From: an uncultured Candidatus Rokubacteria bacterium
GTDB taxonomy: Bacteria > Methylomirabilota > Methylomirabilia > Rokubacteriales > CSP1-6
DNA length: 64,000 nucleotides
Direction: 5' to 3'
NCBI GenBank assembly: GCA_963762145.1
Contig: CAVXJS010000016.1
Span: 32,001 to 96,000 of the forward strand
Shown here: positions 9,562 through 19,572 of the stretch, one piece after another
Numbering within the stretch: the stretch's first letter is position 1
Layout of the letters: each line of letters opens with the position of its first letter
Notes under the pieces: model-generated
Told to the model about the DNA's origin: nothing
The model's input: the letters and a program-made list of their open reading frames with translations, nothing else
Databases searched by the model: none
Translations under genes and position numbers: made by a program

Positions 9562-9903
9562 CTATCGCCGCCAGCCGCCTCCGCCGCCTCCGCCGGGCCG
9601 GCCACCACCGCCACCACCCCGAGGTCCGCCACCACCCCCGCCGCCGGTGCGCTGGGGCTGGGGCCGCGCCTCGTCCACGACGAGGTTACGATCCCTGAAG
9701 AGTCGGCCATTTAGCATCTCGATGGCCTTGGCGAGCTCTTCCTTGGTCGCCATCTCGACGAAGCCGAAGCCCCGGGGCCTGCCGGTGAACTGATCGGTAA
9801 CAATGCGGACGGACTCGACCGTCCCGGCCTGCTGGAACAGCTCACGCAGGTCTTCTTCTGTCGCCTGGAAGGAGAGATTGCCGACGAAAAGCTTTGCAGG
9901 CAT
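9562..9903 (-). CDS. RRM RNA-binding protein with Gly-rich tail
   Basis: RNP2 KLFVGNL, RNP1 RGFGFVEM, Gly/Arg-rich tail; AGGAGG SD before the ATG at 9903. Confidence 0.96.
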   Translation of the reverse strand: MPAKLFVGNLSFQATEEDLRELFQQAGTVESVRIVTDQFTGRPRGFGFVEMATKEELAKAIEMLNGRLFRDRNLVVDEARPQPQRTGGGGGGGPRGGGGGGRPGGGGGGGWRR

Positions 9904-10017
9904 TGCGAAACCTCCTGCCGCGATCAGGACCGAGTAGACTCCCTCCCGGCTCGCCAGCGGCGTCAAGGAAAGCCATCCGCTCGCGGGTCTCGCCAGGCGG
10001 GCCCGCAGCGTGGCGAT

Positions 10018-10046
10018 ACCCTACTGATGGTCCTACCACCTGTCAA
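10018..10046 (-). promoter_or_regulatory. Sigma70-type promoter of the RRM gene
   Basis: TTGACA (10041-10046), 17 nt spacer, TAGGGT (10018-10023). Confidence 0.7.
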
Positions 10047-10126
10047 GCGAATCTTGCGGCAGAATGTTCCTTATTTCACTACGTTATGCCCTTACTCGGC
10101 CAGCGCTTCAGCGCAACAAAACTTGC

Positions 10127-10921
10127 TCAGAGATACACCCCGCGCGTGATGCCGCCGTCCACGGTGATGGTGATCCCGGTGAGGTACGAGGCGCGCTCGG
10201 ACGCGAGGAAGCACACGACGTCGGCCACTTCCTCGGGCAGCGCGATGCGGCCGAGTGGAAATTCCTGACTACGTTCCTTTACGTAGTGCTCCGCGTCCTG
10301 ACCGGCCGCCTTCGCCTGCTGCTGCATCAGGCTGTCCCACCGCTCGGTCTTCACCGGGCCCGGCGAGACACCGGTGACCAGCACGTTCGACTTCACGGCG
10401 AGGTCGGAGAGCGCCTTGGTGAAGTTGATCAGCGCGGCGTTGGCGGTGCCGCCCATCATATAGGTGACGGCGGGATTGCGCGCGGCGGCGCCGACCACGT
10501 TGACGATGCGGCCACCGCCCTGCCGCTGCATGATCGGAAGCACCTCACGGGCCATGCGGATGTAGCCGAGGAGCTTGAGGCTCCATCCCTCGAGCCACTC
10601 CTCGTCGGGCGTGGAGAGGAAATCGCCGCCCTTGATCGCGCCCGCGTTGTTCACGAGGATGTCGAGGCGGCCGAGACGCATCACCGCGTCCTTCGCCACC
10701 CGCACGACCTCGTCGTGCCGGCTCAGGTCCGCCGCGACGGTCTCGACCCGGCCGCCCGTCGCGCGCTCGACGTCCAGGGCGGCCTGCGCGAGGGTGCCCG
10801 CGTCCCGGGAGCAGATCATCACGCGCGCGCCCTCCGCGGCGAGCGATCGCGCGACCGCACGGCCGATGCCCTTGCTGCCGCCGGTGACCAGCGCCGTCTT
10901 GCCCTTGAGCCCGAGATCCAT
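10127..10921 (-). CDS. SDR-family oxidoreductase
   Basis: MDLGLKGKTALVTGGSKGIG, LVNNAG, YLTGITITVDGG; AAAGGAG SD. Confidence 0.93.
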   Translation of the reverse strand: MDLGLKGKTALVTGGSKGIGRAVARSLAAEGARVMICSRDAGTLAQAALDVERATGGRVETVAADLSRHDEVVRVAKDAVMRLGRLDILVNNAGAIKGGDFLSTPDEEWLEGWSLKLLGYIRMAREVLPIMQRQGGGRIVNVVGAAARNPAVTYMMGGTANAALINFTKALSDLAVKSNVLVTGVSPGPVKTERWDSLMQQQAKAAGQDAEHYVKERSQEFPLGRIALPEEVADVVCFLASERASYLTGITITVDGGITRGVYL

Positions 10922-10946
10922 CGCCTGACTCCTTTCGGTGTGGCGA

Positions 10947-11492
10947 TCAGCCCCGCGGCTTCTCGCGCGCGAGCAGTTCGTCGAACGTCTCCGCGGGCAA
11001 GCTCTCGGCCCAGCCCCGTCCCTCGGAGTCGCGGCCGTAGTACTCGGCCATGTAGACGCGGGCTTCCGGTTTCGTCCGGAAGAGGCGCCAGATGTGCGCG
11101 GCGGCGCCGCCGGGCCGCCGCAGGTAGAAGATGGGATCCGCGGGGCCGGTCGGCTCGTACACGGTGCGCTCGCCGAACTGATCGTAGGTGATCCAGGCCA
11201 CCGCGATGCCGCGCGCGGAGAGCACGCGCGCCCGCAGCGATTCCTCGAGCGGCAGCGACTCCACGTCCGAGAGGCGAGGGCCGTAGTAGACCGGCACCGC
11301 CGCCGCGTCCACCGAGAGCACGATGGGCAGCGTGCCGCCGGCGGATTCCAGAAGCGCGCGGGCCTCGTCGCCCACCCAGGCCTGACCCGCGGTGTAGAGA
11401 TCGGGCCAGGCCTCGAGCAGCCGTCCCGGGGGAAGCAGCTTGCGCCGTCGCGCAACCTCGCTCGCGTCGGACAGCGCGTGCAGGCGCGCCAC
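10947..11492 (-). CDS. Hypothetical protein (~181 aa)
   Basis: GTG start with GGAGG SD; fills the gap in a minus-strand gene run; protein-like composition. Confidence 0.7.
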   Translation of the reverse strand: MARLHALSDASEVARRRKLLPPGRLLEAWPDLYTAGQAWVGDEARALLESAGGTLPIVLSVDAAAVPVYYGPRLSDVESLPLEESLRARVLSARGIAVAWITYDQFGERTVYEPTGPADPIFYLRRPGGAAAHIWRLFRTKPEARVYMAEYYGRDSEGRGWAESLPAETFDELLAREKPRG

Positions 11493-11497
11493 GCCGC

Positions 11498-12154
11498 TCA
11501 GTCCTCCGCCGGGAAGCGGGGCACCCGGCTCCAGTCGAACCGCGCGGGCGCCTCCGCGCCGAGGGCCAGGATCTCGCCGAGGCACCGGGCCACCGCGGTC
11601 GCGAACGCGCTCGTATCCCGGCCGTCCAGCCGGTGGCCCGCGAGCTTGGTCGCGCCGTCGTGCAGGAGCGCGCGCGCGCCCTCGAGATTGCCGTTCGCCA
11701 GGTGCTGGAAGCCGACCGCGACCTGGATGAGGCCCTGCAGAGCCTCGCGCTCCGCACCCTCGGCGCGCATCCAGAACGGCTCCAGTACCTCGTGGGTCTC
11801 GAAGTAGAGGCCGGCCTCGAACAGGGTGGCCGCTTCCGCCAGCCCCGTCGGCCGCGACGGATCCGGGGCCGCGAGCGGCCGGCCTGCGAGGGCGCGCGCG
11901 GCGCGGGCCGCGCGCTCGCCGAATGCGGCGGCGTGGGGACCGAAGCCCGGGCGGATGCGCCAGCCGTCGGGCCGGCGATCGAAGAGCTCGGCGGGAAAGC
12001 CCTCGGGGGGCGGCGCGGCGGGATCGAGCGCGCCCGGATCGGCGCACACCGCGGCGACCGCCTCGAGCCCGCGCCGCGCGGCGCTGTCGTGGAGCGCGTC
12101 GAGGATGAGATCGGCGAGCCGGTTACGCAGGGGCAAGGGCAGCGGCCGCGTCAC
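11498..12154 (-). CDS. DUF309-domain protein
   Basis: LFEAGLYFETHEVLEPFW...LQGLIQVAVGFQH..NGN; GTGA overlap with the upstream gene. Confidence 0.85.
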   Translation of the reverse strand: MTRPLPLPLRNRLADLILDALHDSAARRGLEAVAAVCADPGALDPAAPPPEGFPAELFDRRPDGWRIRPGFGPHAAAFGERAARAARALAGRPLAAPDPSRPTGLAEAATLFEAGLYFETHEVLEPFWMRAEGAEREALQGLIQVAVGFQHLANGNLEGARALLHDGATKLAGHRLDGRDTSAFATAVARCLGEILALGAEAPARFDWSRVPRFPAED

Positions 12155-12675
12155 CGTCGGCGGGCGCGCCGGCTCGAGAGGCGCCGGTGCGCAGCGCGGA
12201 TCTGGGCGAGGTGGTTCAGGTCGTGCTCGGCCCAGTGGTCGAGAAGCTGCGGGATCGTGAGGCGGCCGTACTCCGGGTGCCGCCCGTGCTGCGCCTTCTG
12301 CGCCGCGCGGAGGCGGCCGACGTAGGCGAGGTTCGAGCGTCGCAGCGCGACGAACGTGGCGAGCGCCTCGCCCGGCGGCGTGCGCCGGTAGCCGCCCCCA
12401 TCCGCCCAGCGGTCCTGGTCCCACGCGACCAGCACCTGACGCGGCTCGGCCGCGATCTTGCGGATCCGGAACGCGAGCGCGATCTCCGCGTCGGCCAGGT
12501 GGCTCAGCACCTCGGCCACCGCCCACTCCCCTCGCCCGGGCCGGCGGGCCACCAGCCCGCGCGCGACCCGACGGAGCGCGCGCGCCAGCCGGGCGGGCGC
12601 CCGGCGCAACGCGGTCAGGGGGCGGGCTCGGCCGAGGAGAGCGTGCGGGGCGCGGCACATCGGGCAGGTCGGCAC
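12151..12675 (-). CDS. DinB-family protein
   Basis: WAVAEVLSHLADAE, HWAEHDLNHLAQI (metal-binding His pattern). Confidence 0.88.
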   Translation of the reverse strand: MPTCPMCRAPHALLGRARPLTALRRAPARLARALRRVARGLVARRPGRGEWAVAEVLSHLADAEIALAFRIRKIAAEPRQVLVAWDQDRWADGGGYRRTPPGEALATFVALRRSNLAYVGRLRAAQKAQHGRHPEYGRLTIPQLLDHWAEHDLNHLAQIRAAHRRLSSRRARRR

Positions 12676-12687
12676 GGGATGCCTCCT

Positions 12688-13332
12688 TCAGGTGACGTGT
12701 TCGACGCGGGTGCCCGCGATGAGATCGTGCAGCCCGCGCTTGTCGGCACGGAAGGCGACGAACAGGTAGCCGATGCCGAGGATGGCGGCGGAGAGCCAGG
12801 AGCCGAGATGGCGAAGCACGGAGCGCCCGAACGGCAACGGGGAGCCGTCGACCATGACGACGCGGATGCGGAAGAGCATCTTGCCGAGAGTCTGCCCGCG
12901 CGCCCAGTGCAGGAACACGAAGTAGCAGGGGCTCGCCAGGAAGCGGAACGCGCGCGAGGCCGCTGCGGCCAGCCGGTCGTCGGTGAGCGCCCAGATGACG
13001 AAGTTGAACGTCATCTCCGCGACCATCACCAGGACCAGGTCGAGGAGCAGGGCCGCCACGCGGCCCCAGAAGCCGGCGGGATGGGTGAGGCGCGGGGCGG
13101 TCGGAGGCGGGACCGGGGGCGCCTCGATCGTGGTAGCGCGCGGCGCGTCCGTCGCGTAGGCGGGCGAGGCGCTGGGGGCGACCGGGACCGGCGCGGTCGG
13201 CCCGGCCGCCGGTGTGGGCAAGGCGCTCGCCGCGGCCAGCTCGGCGCGGTAGCGGGCCACGTCCACGCCACAGCGCGGACAGTGCGTGCCGTCGGCCGGC
13301 GACCAGCCGCATTGCGGGCATGACGACGCCAT
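12688..13332 (-). CDS. RDD-family membrane protein with N-terminal zinc ribbon and Pro/Ala linker
   Basis: CPQC..CPRC; AGFWGRVAALLLD, GQTLGK, RGLHDLIAGTRV. Confidence 0.9.
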   Translation of the reverse strand: MASSCPQCGWSPADGTHCPRCGVDVARYRAELAAASALPTPAAGPTAPVPVAPSASPAYATDAPRATTIEAPPVPPPTAPRLTHPAGFWGRVAALLLDLVLVMVAEMTFNFVIWALTDDRLAAAASRAFRFLASPCYFVFLHWARGQTLGKMLFRIRVVMVDGSPLPFGRSVLRHLGSWLSAAILGIGYLFVAFRADKRGLHDLIAGTRVEHVT

Positions 13333-13410
13333 CGGCGCGTATCCTAGCACGCGCATCGCGCGACGGGGATGCGGGCGGGCGCGCGGGGCGCACGGTATAA
13401 TGCGCGCGTC

Positions 13411-14613
13411 ATGATTTCCGTCGCCGATGCGCAGGCCCACGTCCTCGCGCAGGTGACCCGGATCGCGCCGCCCGAGGTGGCCGCGGTGGGGGCCTGCCTG
13501 GGCCGCGTGCTCGCGGAGGACGTCTGCGCCGCCTTCGACGTGCCGCCCACCGCCAACTCCGCGGTGGACGGCTACGCGGTCCGCTCGGAGGACATACCCG
13601 CGAGCGGGACCCGCGAGCTCACCGTGGTGGCCGAGCTCGCGGCGGGCGCGGTCTTCGACGGCACGATCGCGCCCGGCGAGGCGCTCCGCATCATGACCGG
13701 CGCGCCGATGCCGGCGGGCGCCGGCACGGTGTACCCGCAGGAGATCGTGGAGCGGAGCGGGGGCTCGGTGCGCATCGGCGCCAGCCCCGCCGGCGTCAAC
13801 GTGCGTCACCGCGGCGAGGACGTGCGGGCCGGCTCGGTGGTGCTGACCGCGGGCACCGTGCTGCGCCCGCAGGAGCTGGGGGTCGCCGCCTCGCTCGGGC
13901 TCCCGCAGCTCCTGGTGCACCAGCGGCCGCGCGTGGCGATCCTCTCGACTGGCGACGAGGTCGCCGAGCCCGGCGACGCGCGCAAGCCCGGCCAGATCTT
14001 CGACTCGAACCGCTTCTCCCTGCACGGTCTCGTCCACGCCGCGGGCGGGCAGACCACCGATCACGGCATCGTCCCCGATCTCTACGAGGTGCTGCACGCG
14101 CGCCTGCGGACCGCGGCGGCCACCGCGGACGTGGTGATCACCTCGGGCGGCGTGTCGGTGGGCGATCACGATCTGGTGAAGGCGGTGCTCCAGGACGCGG
14201 GCGGGATCGACTTCTGGCAGGTCGCGATGCAGCCCGGCCGCCCGCTCGCGGTGGGCCGGATCGGGGCGGCCCTCTTCTTCGGCCTGCCCGGTAATCCGGT
14301 GGCCTCGATGCTCACGTTTCACCTCTTCGTGCGCCCCGCGCTGTGGAAGCTCGCGGGGCGGAGGGAGCTCTTCCCTCCCCGGTTCCACGCGGTGGCGATG
14401 GAGCCGATGAGCAAGAAGCCGGGCCGCCGGGAGTTCAAGCGCGGGATCCTCTCGTATCACGGCGACCGCTGGGAGGTGCGCATCACCGGGCCCCAGGGCT
14501 CCGGCATCCTCACCTCGATGACGCTGGCCAACTGCTTCGTGGTGATCGAGGAGGAGCGCGGCGACGTGGCGGCGGGGGATCGCGTGTCCGTCGAGCCGTT
14601 CGCGCTGGCCTGA
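13411..14613 (+). CDS. moeA: Molybdopterin molybdotransferase
   Basis: SAVDGYA, IMTGAPMP, STGDE, SGGVSVGDHD, GLPGNPVAS. Confidence 0.96.
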   Translation: MISVADAQAHVLAQVTRIAPPEVAAVGACLGRVLAEDVCAAFDVPPTANSAVDGYAVRSEDIPASGTRELTVVAELAAGAVFDGTIAPGEALRIMTGAPMPAGAGTVYPQEIVERSGGSVRIGASPAGVNVRHRGEDVRAGSVVLTAGTVLRPQELGVAASLGLPQLLVHQRPRVAILSTGDEVAEPGDARKPGQIFDSNRFSLHGLVHAAGGQTTDHGIVPDLYEVLHARLRTAAATADVVITSGGVSVGDHDLVKAVLQDAGGIDFWQVAMQPGRPLAVGRIGAALFFGLPGNPVASMLTFHLFVRPALWKLAGRRELFPPRFHAVAMEPMSKKPGRREFKRGILSYHGDRWEVRITGPQGSGILTSMTLANCFVVIEEERGDVAAGDRVSVEPFALA

Positions 14614-14617
14614 GCCC

Positions 14618-16186
14618 ATGCCCCACGGCATCGAGACCCGGCTGATCGAGAGCGTCACCCCGATGGTGCGGGACCTGGTCACCACCCAGGCCCGGGCCCT
14701 CGCGGATCTCCACTACGCCGACGTGCGGCTCGAGATCAGCGAGGGCAAGTTCGCGGGCGCGGAGAACGGGGAGGCCAAGTCCTCCGGCGACGACTACGCC
14801 TTCGCCCTCGGGATCCGCGTCCTCGCGGGGCGCCGCATGACCGCGCCGGGCTACTTCGGCCGCGGGCTCGGCGCGGCGGATGTCCCGCACCTGGCCCGGC
14901 TGCTGCGCGAGGGTCTGCTCGCCGCCTACCGGCGCGCGATGGCCAACGCGGAGATGAAGGCGGAGGTGAAGGGCAAGTTCGGCGCCCTCGGTGACGCACT
15001 CGCCGACACGCGCCTGCATCCGGTTCCGGTGCGCCAGGCGGTGGTCCCGGCCGTCTTCGAGGTCGACCCTCGATCGGTCGCGCTCGACGACATGCAGCGC
15101 CTCACCACCGACGTGTCCCGGCGCGTCGCCGGCTTCCACGCGAGCGCCTCCTACAACTACGTCTCCACGATGACCCAGCTGAGCCGCGAGCTCTTCGTCT
15201 CCACCGAGGGGGCGGTCATCGACCAGTCGTTCGCCCTCACCCAGGGCATGTGCTACGTGGTGGCGACCGGGGCCGACAACAGCCAGGAGATCTACGACGT
15301 GCTCGGCCACCAGCGCGGCTGGGAGATCCTCACCCGGGGGGTGGCCGAGCCGCTGATCGAGTTCCCGCCCTTCCCGGAATTCGCCCTCGCGCTCGCCGGC
15401 GACGCGGTGGAGCTGGCCGCCGCGCCCGCGCTCGCGGCCCCCGAGGGCGAGGTGCCGGTCGTCACCGATCCGCACTACAACACCCTGCTCTCCCACGAGA
15501 TCGTGGGCCACCCGGTCGAGCTCGATCGCGGGCTCAAGATGGAGACCGCGTACGCCGGACGCTCCTGGCTGCTGCGCGGCCTCGACGACACCCAGCTCGG
15601 CCGACGCATCGCCTCACCCCTGGTCAGCGCGTTCTCGGATCCGTCCCTGCCCGGCTACGGCCACTACGCCTACGATCACGAGGGGACGCCGGCACGTCGG
15701 GTCGTCCACATCGATCGCGGAGTCTTCACCGGCTTCATGAACAGCCGGCAGACCGCGGCGATCTTCGGCGGCGATCCCAACGGGCACTGGAAGGCCACCG
15801 ACGCCTCGCTGGTGCCGCTGGTCCGCATGTCGTCGACCGTGTTCGCGGGCGGAGACCAGGACCCGGCGGAGCTCATCAAGGAGATCGACCACGGCTACTT
15901 CCTGGTCGGCCACCGGACGCCGTCCATCGCGGAGAGCCGCGAGAACTTTCGCATCACCGCGCGCAAGGTCTACGAGATCCACCGCGGCCAGATCGGCCGG
16001 CTCTACCGCGACGGGGGCATCATGGCGGACAGCCGCGATTTCCTGATGCACGTGGACGGCGTGGGGCGCGACTTCCGGCTCTACCCCATTCCCAATTGCG
16101 GCAAGGGCCAGCCCATGCAGACGCGCAAGCTCGGCAACGGCGGCCCCACCCTGCGCAGCCGCGCGGTCGTGACCGGCGGAGCCTGA
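14618..16186 (+). CDS. TldD-family metalloprotease subunit (divergent paralog)
   Basis: HEIVGH (HExxxH), YDHEG, RMSST, C-terminal CGKGQP Cys ligand. Confidence 0.9.
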   Translation: MPHGIETRLIESVTPMVRDLVTTQARALADLHYADVRLEISEGKFAGAENGEAKSSGDDYAFALGIRVLAGRRMTAPGYFGRGLGAADVPHLARLLREGLLAAYRRAMANAEMKAEVKGKFGALGDALADTRLHPVPVRQAVVPAVFEVDPRSVALDDMQRLTTDVSRRVAGFHASASYNYVSTMTQLSRELFVSTEGAVIDQSFALTQGMCYVVATGADNSQEIYDVLGHQRGWEILTRGVAEPLIEFPPFPEFALALAGDAVELAAAPALAAPEGEVPVVTDPHYNTLLSHEIVGHPVELDRGLKMETAYAGRSWLLRGLDDTQLGRRIASPLVSAFSDPSLPGYGHYAYDHEGTPARRVVHIDRGVFTGFMNSRQTAAIFGGDPNGHWKATDASLVPLVRMSSTVFAGGDQDPAELIKEIDHGYFLVGHRTPSIAESRENFRITARKVYEIHRGQIGRLYRDGGIMADSRDFLMHVDGVGRDFRLYPIPNCGKGQPMQTRKLGNGGPTLRSRAVVTGGA

Positions 16187-16191
16187 CCCGC

Positions 16192-17741
16192 GTGGATCTC
16201 GCGCGGGCGGTCCGGGAGGCGCTCGCCCGCCTCGGCGCCGCACCCGGGGTGCGTGAGGTCGAGGTCTTCGCCGCCTTCAACCGCTCGCTGTTCACCCGGC
16301 TGAACTACACCTCGCACATCCCCTGCAACGGCGTGGAGGAGCCCAAGTCCACCGAGATGGCGGGCCTCGGGGTCCAGGCGGTGTTCGACGGGCCCGACGG
16401 GCGCCCCTGATCGGCTTCGGCTCGGAGCCCAGTGACCTCACGCCGGAGGGCGCGCTGCGGGCGCTCGCGAAGGCGCGCCAGGCCGCGGTCCACGATCCCG
16501 AGTTCCGCTCCCTGCCGCGCTCCGGCGGCGCGCCGCAGGCCCTCACCGCCTATCACGACCCACGGCTCATGAACGTGGAGGACGCCGAGCTGGTGGAGGC
16601 GGGCTGGAAGGTGATCACCGGCGGGCTGCGCGCCTTCATGGCGTCGTCCCGGCTCGCCGACCTTTCGCCGGACGAAGCGGGACTCAAGCGGCTCGGGCTC
16701 ATCCTGGGCGGCGACGTGAGCATTCTCCAGTCGCGCGTGGCGATCGCCTCCAGCGCGATGCCCGAGCCCCAGGCCGACGACTCCGCGTTCATGTCGGCCT
16801 CCGCGACCGGCATGGTGGAGGCGCGCGACGCCAAGGGCTCCGGGTGGTCCATCACGACGCGGCTCGAGCACTTCACCGACGAGGCCGGCGGCGAGGCGGC
16901 GGGCAACGCGGTGGCCGCGATGGACGGCGAGCGGGTGCCATCGGGCGACTACACGGTCATCTTCGGGCCGCAGCCGGTGGCCGACCTGTGCAACAACCTG
17001 ATCGTCCCCTCCTGCCAGGCCGGCTCGTTCTACTCTTCCAGCACGCCGTTCCTGGGCCGGCTCGGCCGCGTCGTCGCGGCGCCGGCGCTGAGCATCTACG
17101 ACCACGGCGCGATGCCGGGGCTGGCCGGGTCGCGCGGCATCACCTGCGAGGGACTGCCCACCGGGCGCACCGACCTGATCAAGGACGGGGTGCTCGTCGG
17201 GCTGCTGAGCCACTGGTACGACACCCAGCGGCTGCTCCACGATCCGGCCGCGCGCGAGAAGCTCGGAATGGATCCGGTTGCGGCGGCGGCCGCGCTCACG
17301 CCGCGCAACGGCTTCCGCGGAGACGGCGGCTCCGGCCGCTCCTTCGAGGGCACGCCGGGCACGTCGGCGTCCAACGTCATCGTGGAGGGCGCGGATCCGG
17401 TGTCGCTCGCGGATCTCGCCGCGCGGGTGCGCGACGGACTCTACGTGGGCCGCATCTGGTACACGTACCCGATCAACGGGTTGCGGGCCGGTGACTTCAC
17501 TTGTACGGTGGTGGGTGATTCCTTTATCATCCGCGACGGCCGGATCGCGGGACCGCTGAAGGCGAACACGATCCGGATCAACGACAACGTGACGCGCGTG
17601 CTGCAGGCCGTCGTCGGGACCACCAAGGACGCGCGCGGCACGCCGCTGTGGGCGGCCGACGAGGTCGTGTACGCTCCCGCGATCGCGGTGAGCGGCGTGC
17701 ACGTGGATGCGATCGCAGGCTTCATGGAGGGATTGGACTGA
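16192..17741 (+). CDS. PmbA/TldE-family subunit; indel at ~16400
   Basis: SGDYTVIFGP, CEGLPT..LIKDGVL, GDFTC; no HExxxH; follows tldD. Confidence 0.85.
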
Positions 17742-18637
17742 TGGCGAATCCGGACCTGGCGAAGCTCGAGTCCATCGCCCGCGAGGGGCGGGCGCAGATC
17801 ATCCGGATGCTCACCCACGCGGGGTCGGGACATCCCGGGGGCTCGCTCTCGGCCATCGACATCCTCACCACCCTCTTCTTCAACCGCATGCGCTACGACC
17901 CCAAGCGTCCCGGGTGGGAAGACCGCGACCGCTTCGTGCTCTCCAAGGGCCACTGCGTGCCGGCCCAGTACTACTGCATGGCCCGCGCGGGCTACTTCCC
18001 GATGGACCGCCTGATCACCCTGCGCAAGCTCGGCAGCCCGCTCCAGGGGCATCCCGACCGCGTGATGCTGCCCGGCATCGAGGCCGCGACCGGCTCGCTC
18101 GGGCAGGGCCTGTCGGTGGCGATGGGCATGGCGCTCGGGCTCAAGCTCGGAGGCAAGGGCGCGCGGGTCTACTGCGTGGTGGGCGACGGCGAGATCCAGG
18201 AAGGCCAGGTGTGGGAGAGCCTCATGTCCGCGCCGAAGCTCGGCGCGCCCGACCATCACCTGGACAATCTCTGCGTGATCCTCGACTACAACGGCATCCA
18301 GCTCGACAGCTTCGTGAAGAAGATCCTCGACCTCGAGCCGGTGACCGACAAGCTCAAGGCCTTCGGCTGGCCGGTGCTCGAGGTCAACGGCCACGACATC
18401 GCCCAGGTGGACAAGGCGCTCGACCAGGCGGAGGCCACCAAGGGCGGCCCCACGTTCATCGTGGCCCACACGATCAAGGGGAAGGGCGTGTCGTTCATGG
18501 AGAACGATCCGGAGTGGCACGGCAAGGCGCCCAAGCCCGAGGAAGCGGTGCGGGCGATCCAGGAGATCACGGGGAGCCCCACCCCGGGATGGGCCGAGCC
18601 GATCATCGCGGAGCTGTCCGCCCTGGGGAAGAAGTGA
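17741..18637 (+). CDS. Transketolase, N-terminal (TPP-binding) subunit
   Basis: GSGHPGGSLS, LSKGH, LQGHP, TGSLGQG, GDGE. Confidence 0.95.
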   Translation: MANPDLAKLESIAREGRAQIIRMLTHAGSGHPGGSLSAIDILTTLFFNRMRYDPKRPGWEDRDRFVLSKGHCVPAQYYCMARAGYFPMDRLITLRKLGSPLQGHPDRVMLPGIEAATGSLGQGLSVAMGMALGLKLGGKGARVYCVVGDGEIQEGQVWESLMSAPKLGAPDHHLDNLCVILDYNGIQLDSFVKKILDLEPVTDKLKAFGWPVLEVNGHDIAQVDKALDQAEATKGGPTFIVAHTIKGKGVSFMENDPEWHGKAPKPEEAVRAIQEITGSPTPGWAEPIIAELSALGKK

Positions 18638-19563
18638 TGGCGGCCAAGGCCTCGCGGGCCGCGTTCGGAGAGACGCTGATCGAGCTGGGCGCCAAGGACC
18701 AGAGGATCGTCACGCTCGACGCGGATCTGTCCAAGTCCACCATGACCGCGGGCTTCGCCAAGAAGTACCCGGCGCGCGCGTTCAATCTCGGCATCGCCGA
18801 ATCCGGCATGATCGGGGTGGCCGCGGGCCTCGCCCTCGCCGGCCACGTGCCCTTCGCGTGCTCCTTCGCCTGCTTCCTGGTCGGCCGCTTCGAGACGATC
18901 CGGGTCTCGGTCGCCTACACCGACGCCCCGGTCAAGCTGGTCGGCACCCACGTGGGCGTGGCGATCGGCGAGGACGGCTACACCCAGATGGGCCTGGAGG
19001 ACATCGCCTGCCTGCGGGCGCTGCCGAACATCCCGATCGTGCAGCCCGCCGACGAGCTCGAGACGAAGCAGGCGGTCGCCTACGCGGTGGAGCATCCGGG
19101 CCCGATCTACCTGCGGCTCACCCGACAGAACCTCGAGCCGGTGCACGACGCGGCCTACCGCTTCCAGTTCGGCCGGGCCGACGTGCTGCGTCCGGGACAC
19201 GACGTCACGCTGCTCGCCACCGGCGGCCCGGTCTGGAACGCGCTCGAGGCCGCCAAGAAGCTCGCGGCCGACGGGATCCAGGCCGAGGTCATCAACGTCG
19301 CGACCATCAAGCCGCTCGACGAGGCGGCCATCCTCCGCTCGGCGGGCCGCACCGGCCACGTGATGACGGTGGAGGACCACAGCATCCACGGCGGCCTGGG
19401 CAGCGCCGTCGCCGAGCTGCTCGGCGAGGTGATGCCCACGCCGATGAAGCGGATCGGGGTGACGACGTTCGGGGAGTCCGGCGACTACAAGGGCCTCTAC
19501 GCCAAGCACGGCCTCGACGCCGACGGCATCGCGGGAGCGGTCCGGAAGTTCCTCAGCCGCTAG
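18637..19563 (+). CDS. Transketolase, C-terminal subunit
   Basis: LDADLSKST, GIAE, GEDGYTQ, VEDHSIHGGLG; TGATG coupling. Confidence 0.95.
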   Translation: MAAKASRAAFGETLIELGAKDQRIVTLDADLSKSTMTAGFAKKYPARAFNLGIAESGMIGVAAGLALAGHVPFACSFACFLVGRFETIRVSVAYTDAPVKLVGTHVGVAIGEDGYTQMGLEDIACLRALPNIPIVQPADELETKQAVAYAVEHPGPIYLRLTRQNLEPVHDAAYRFQFGRADVLRPGHDVTLLATGGPVWNALEAAKKLAADGIQAEVINVATIKPLDEAAILRSAGRTGHVMTVEDHSIHGGLGSAVAELLGEVMPTPMKRIGVTTFGESGDYKGLYAKHGLDADGIAGAVRKFLSR

Positions 19564-19572
19564 CCGCCCGCC

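Noticed and set aside
9565-9650. GGC/GGT repeat tract
   Set aside because: It simply encodes the Gly-rich tail of the RRM protein.
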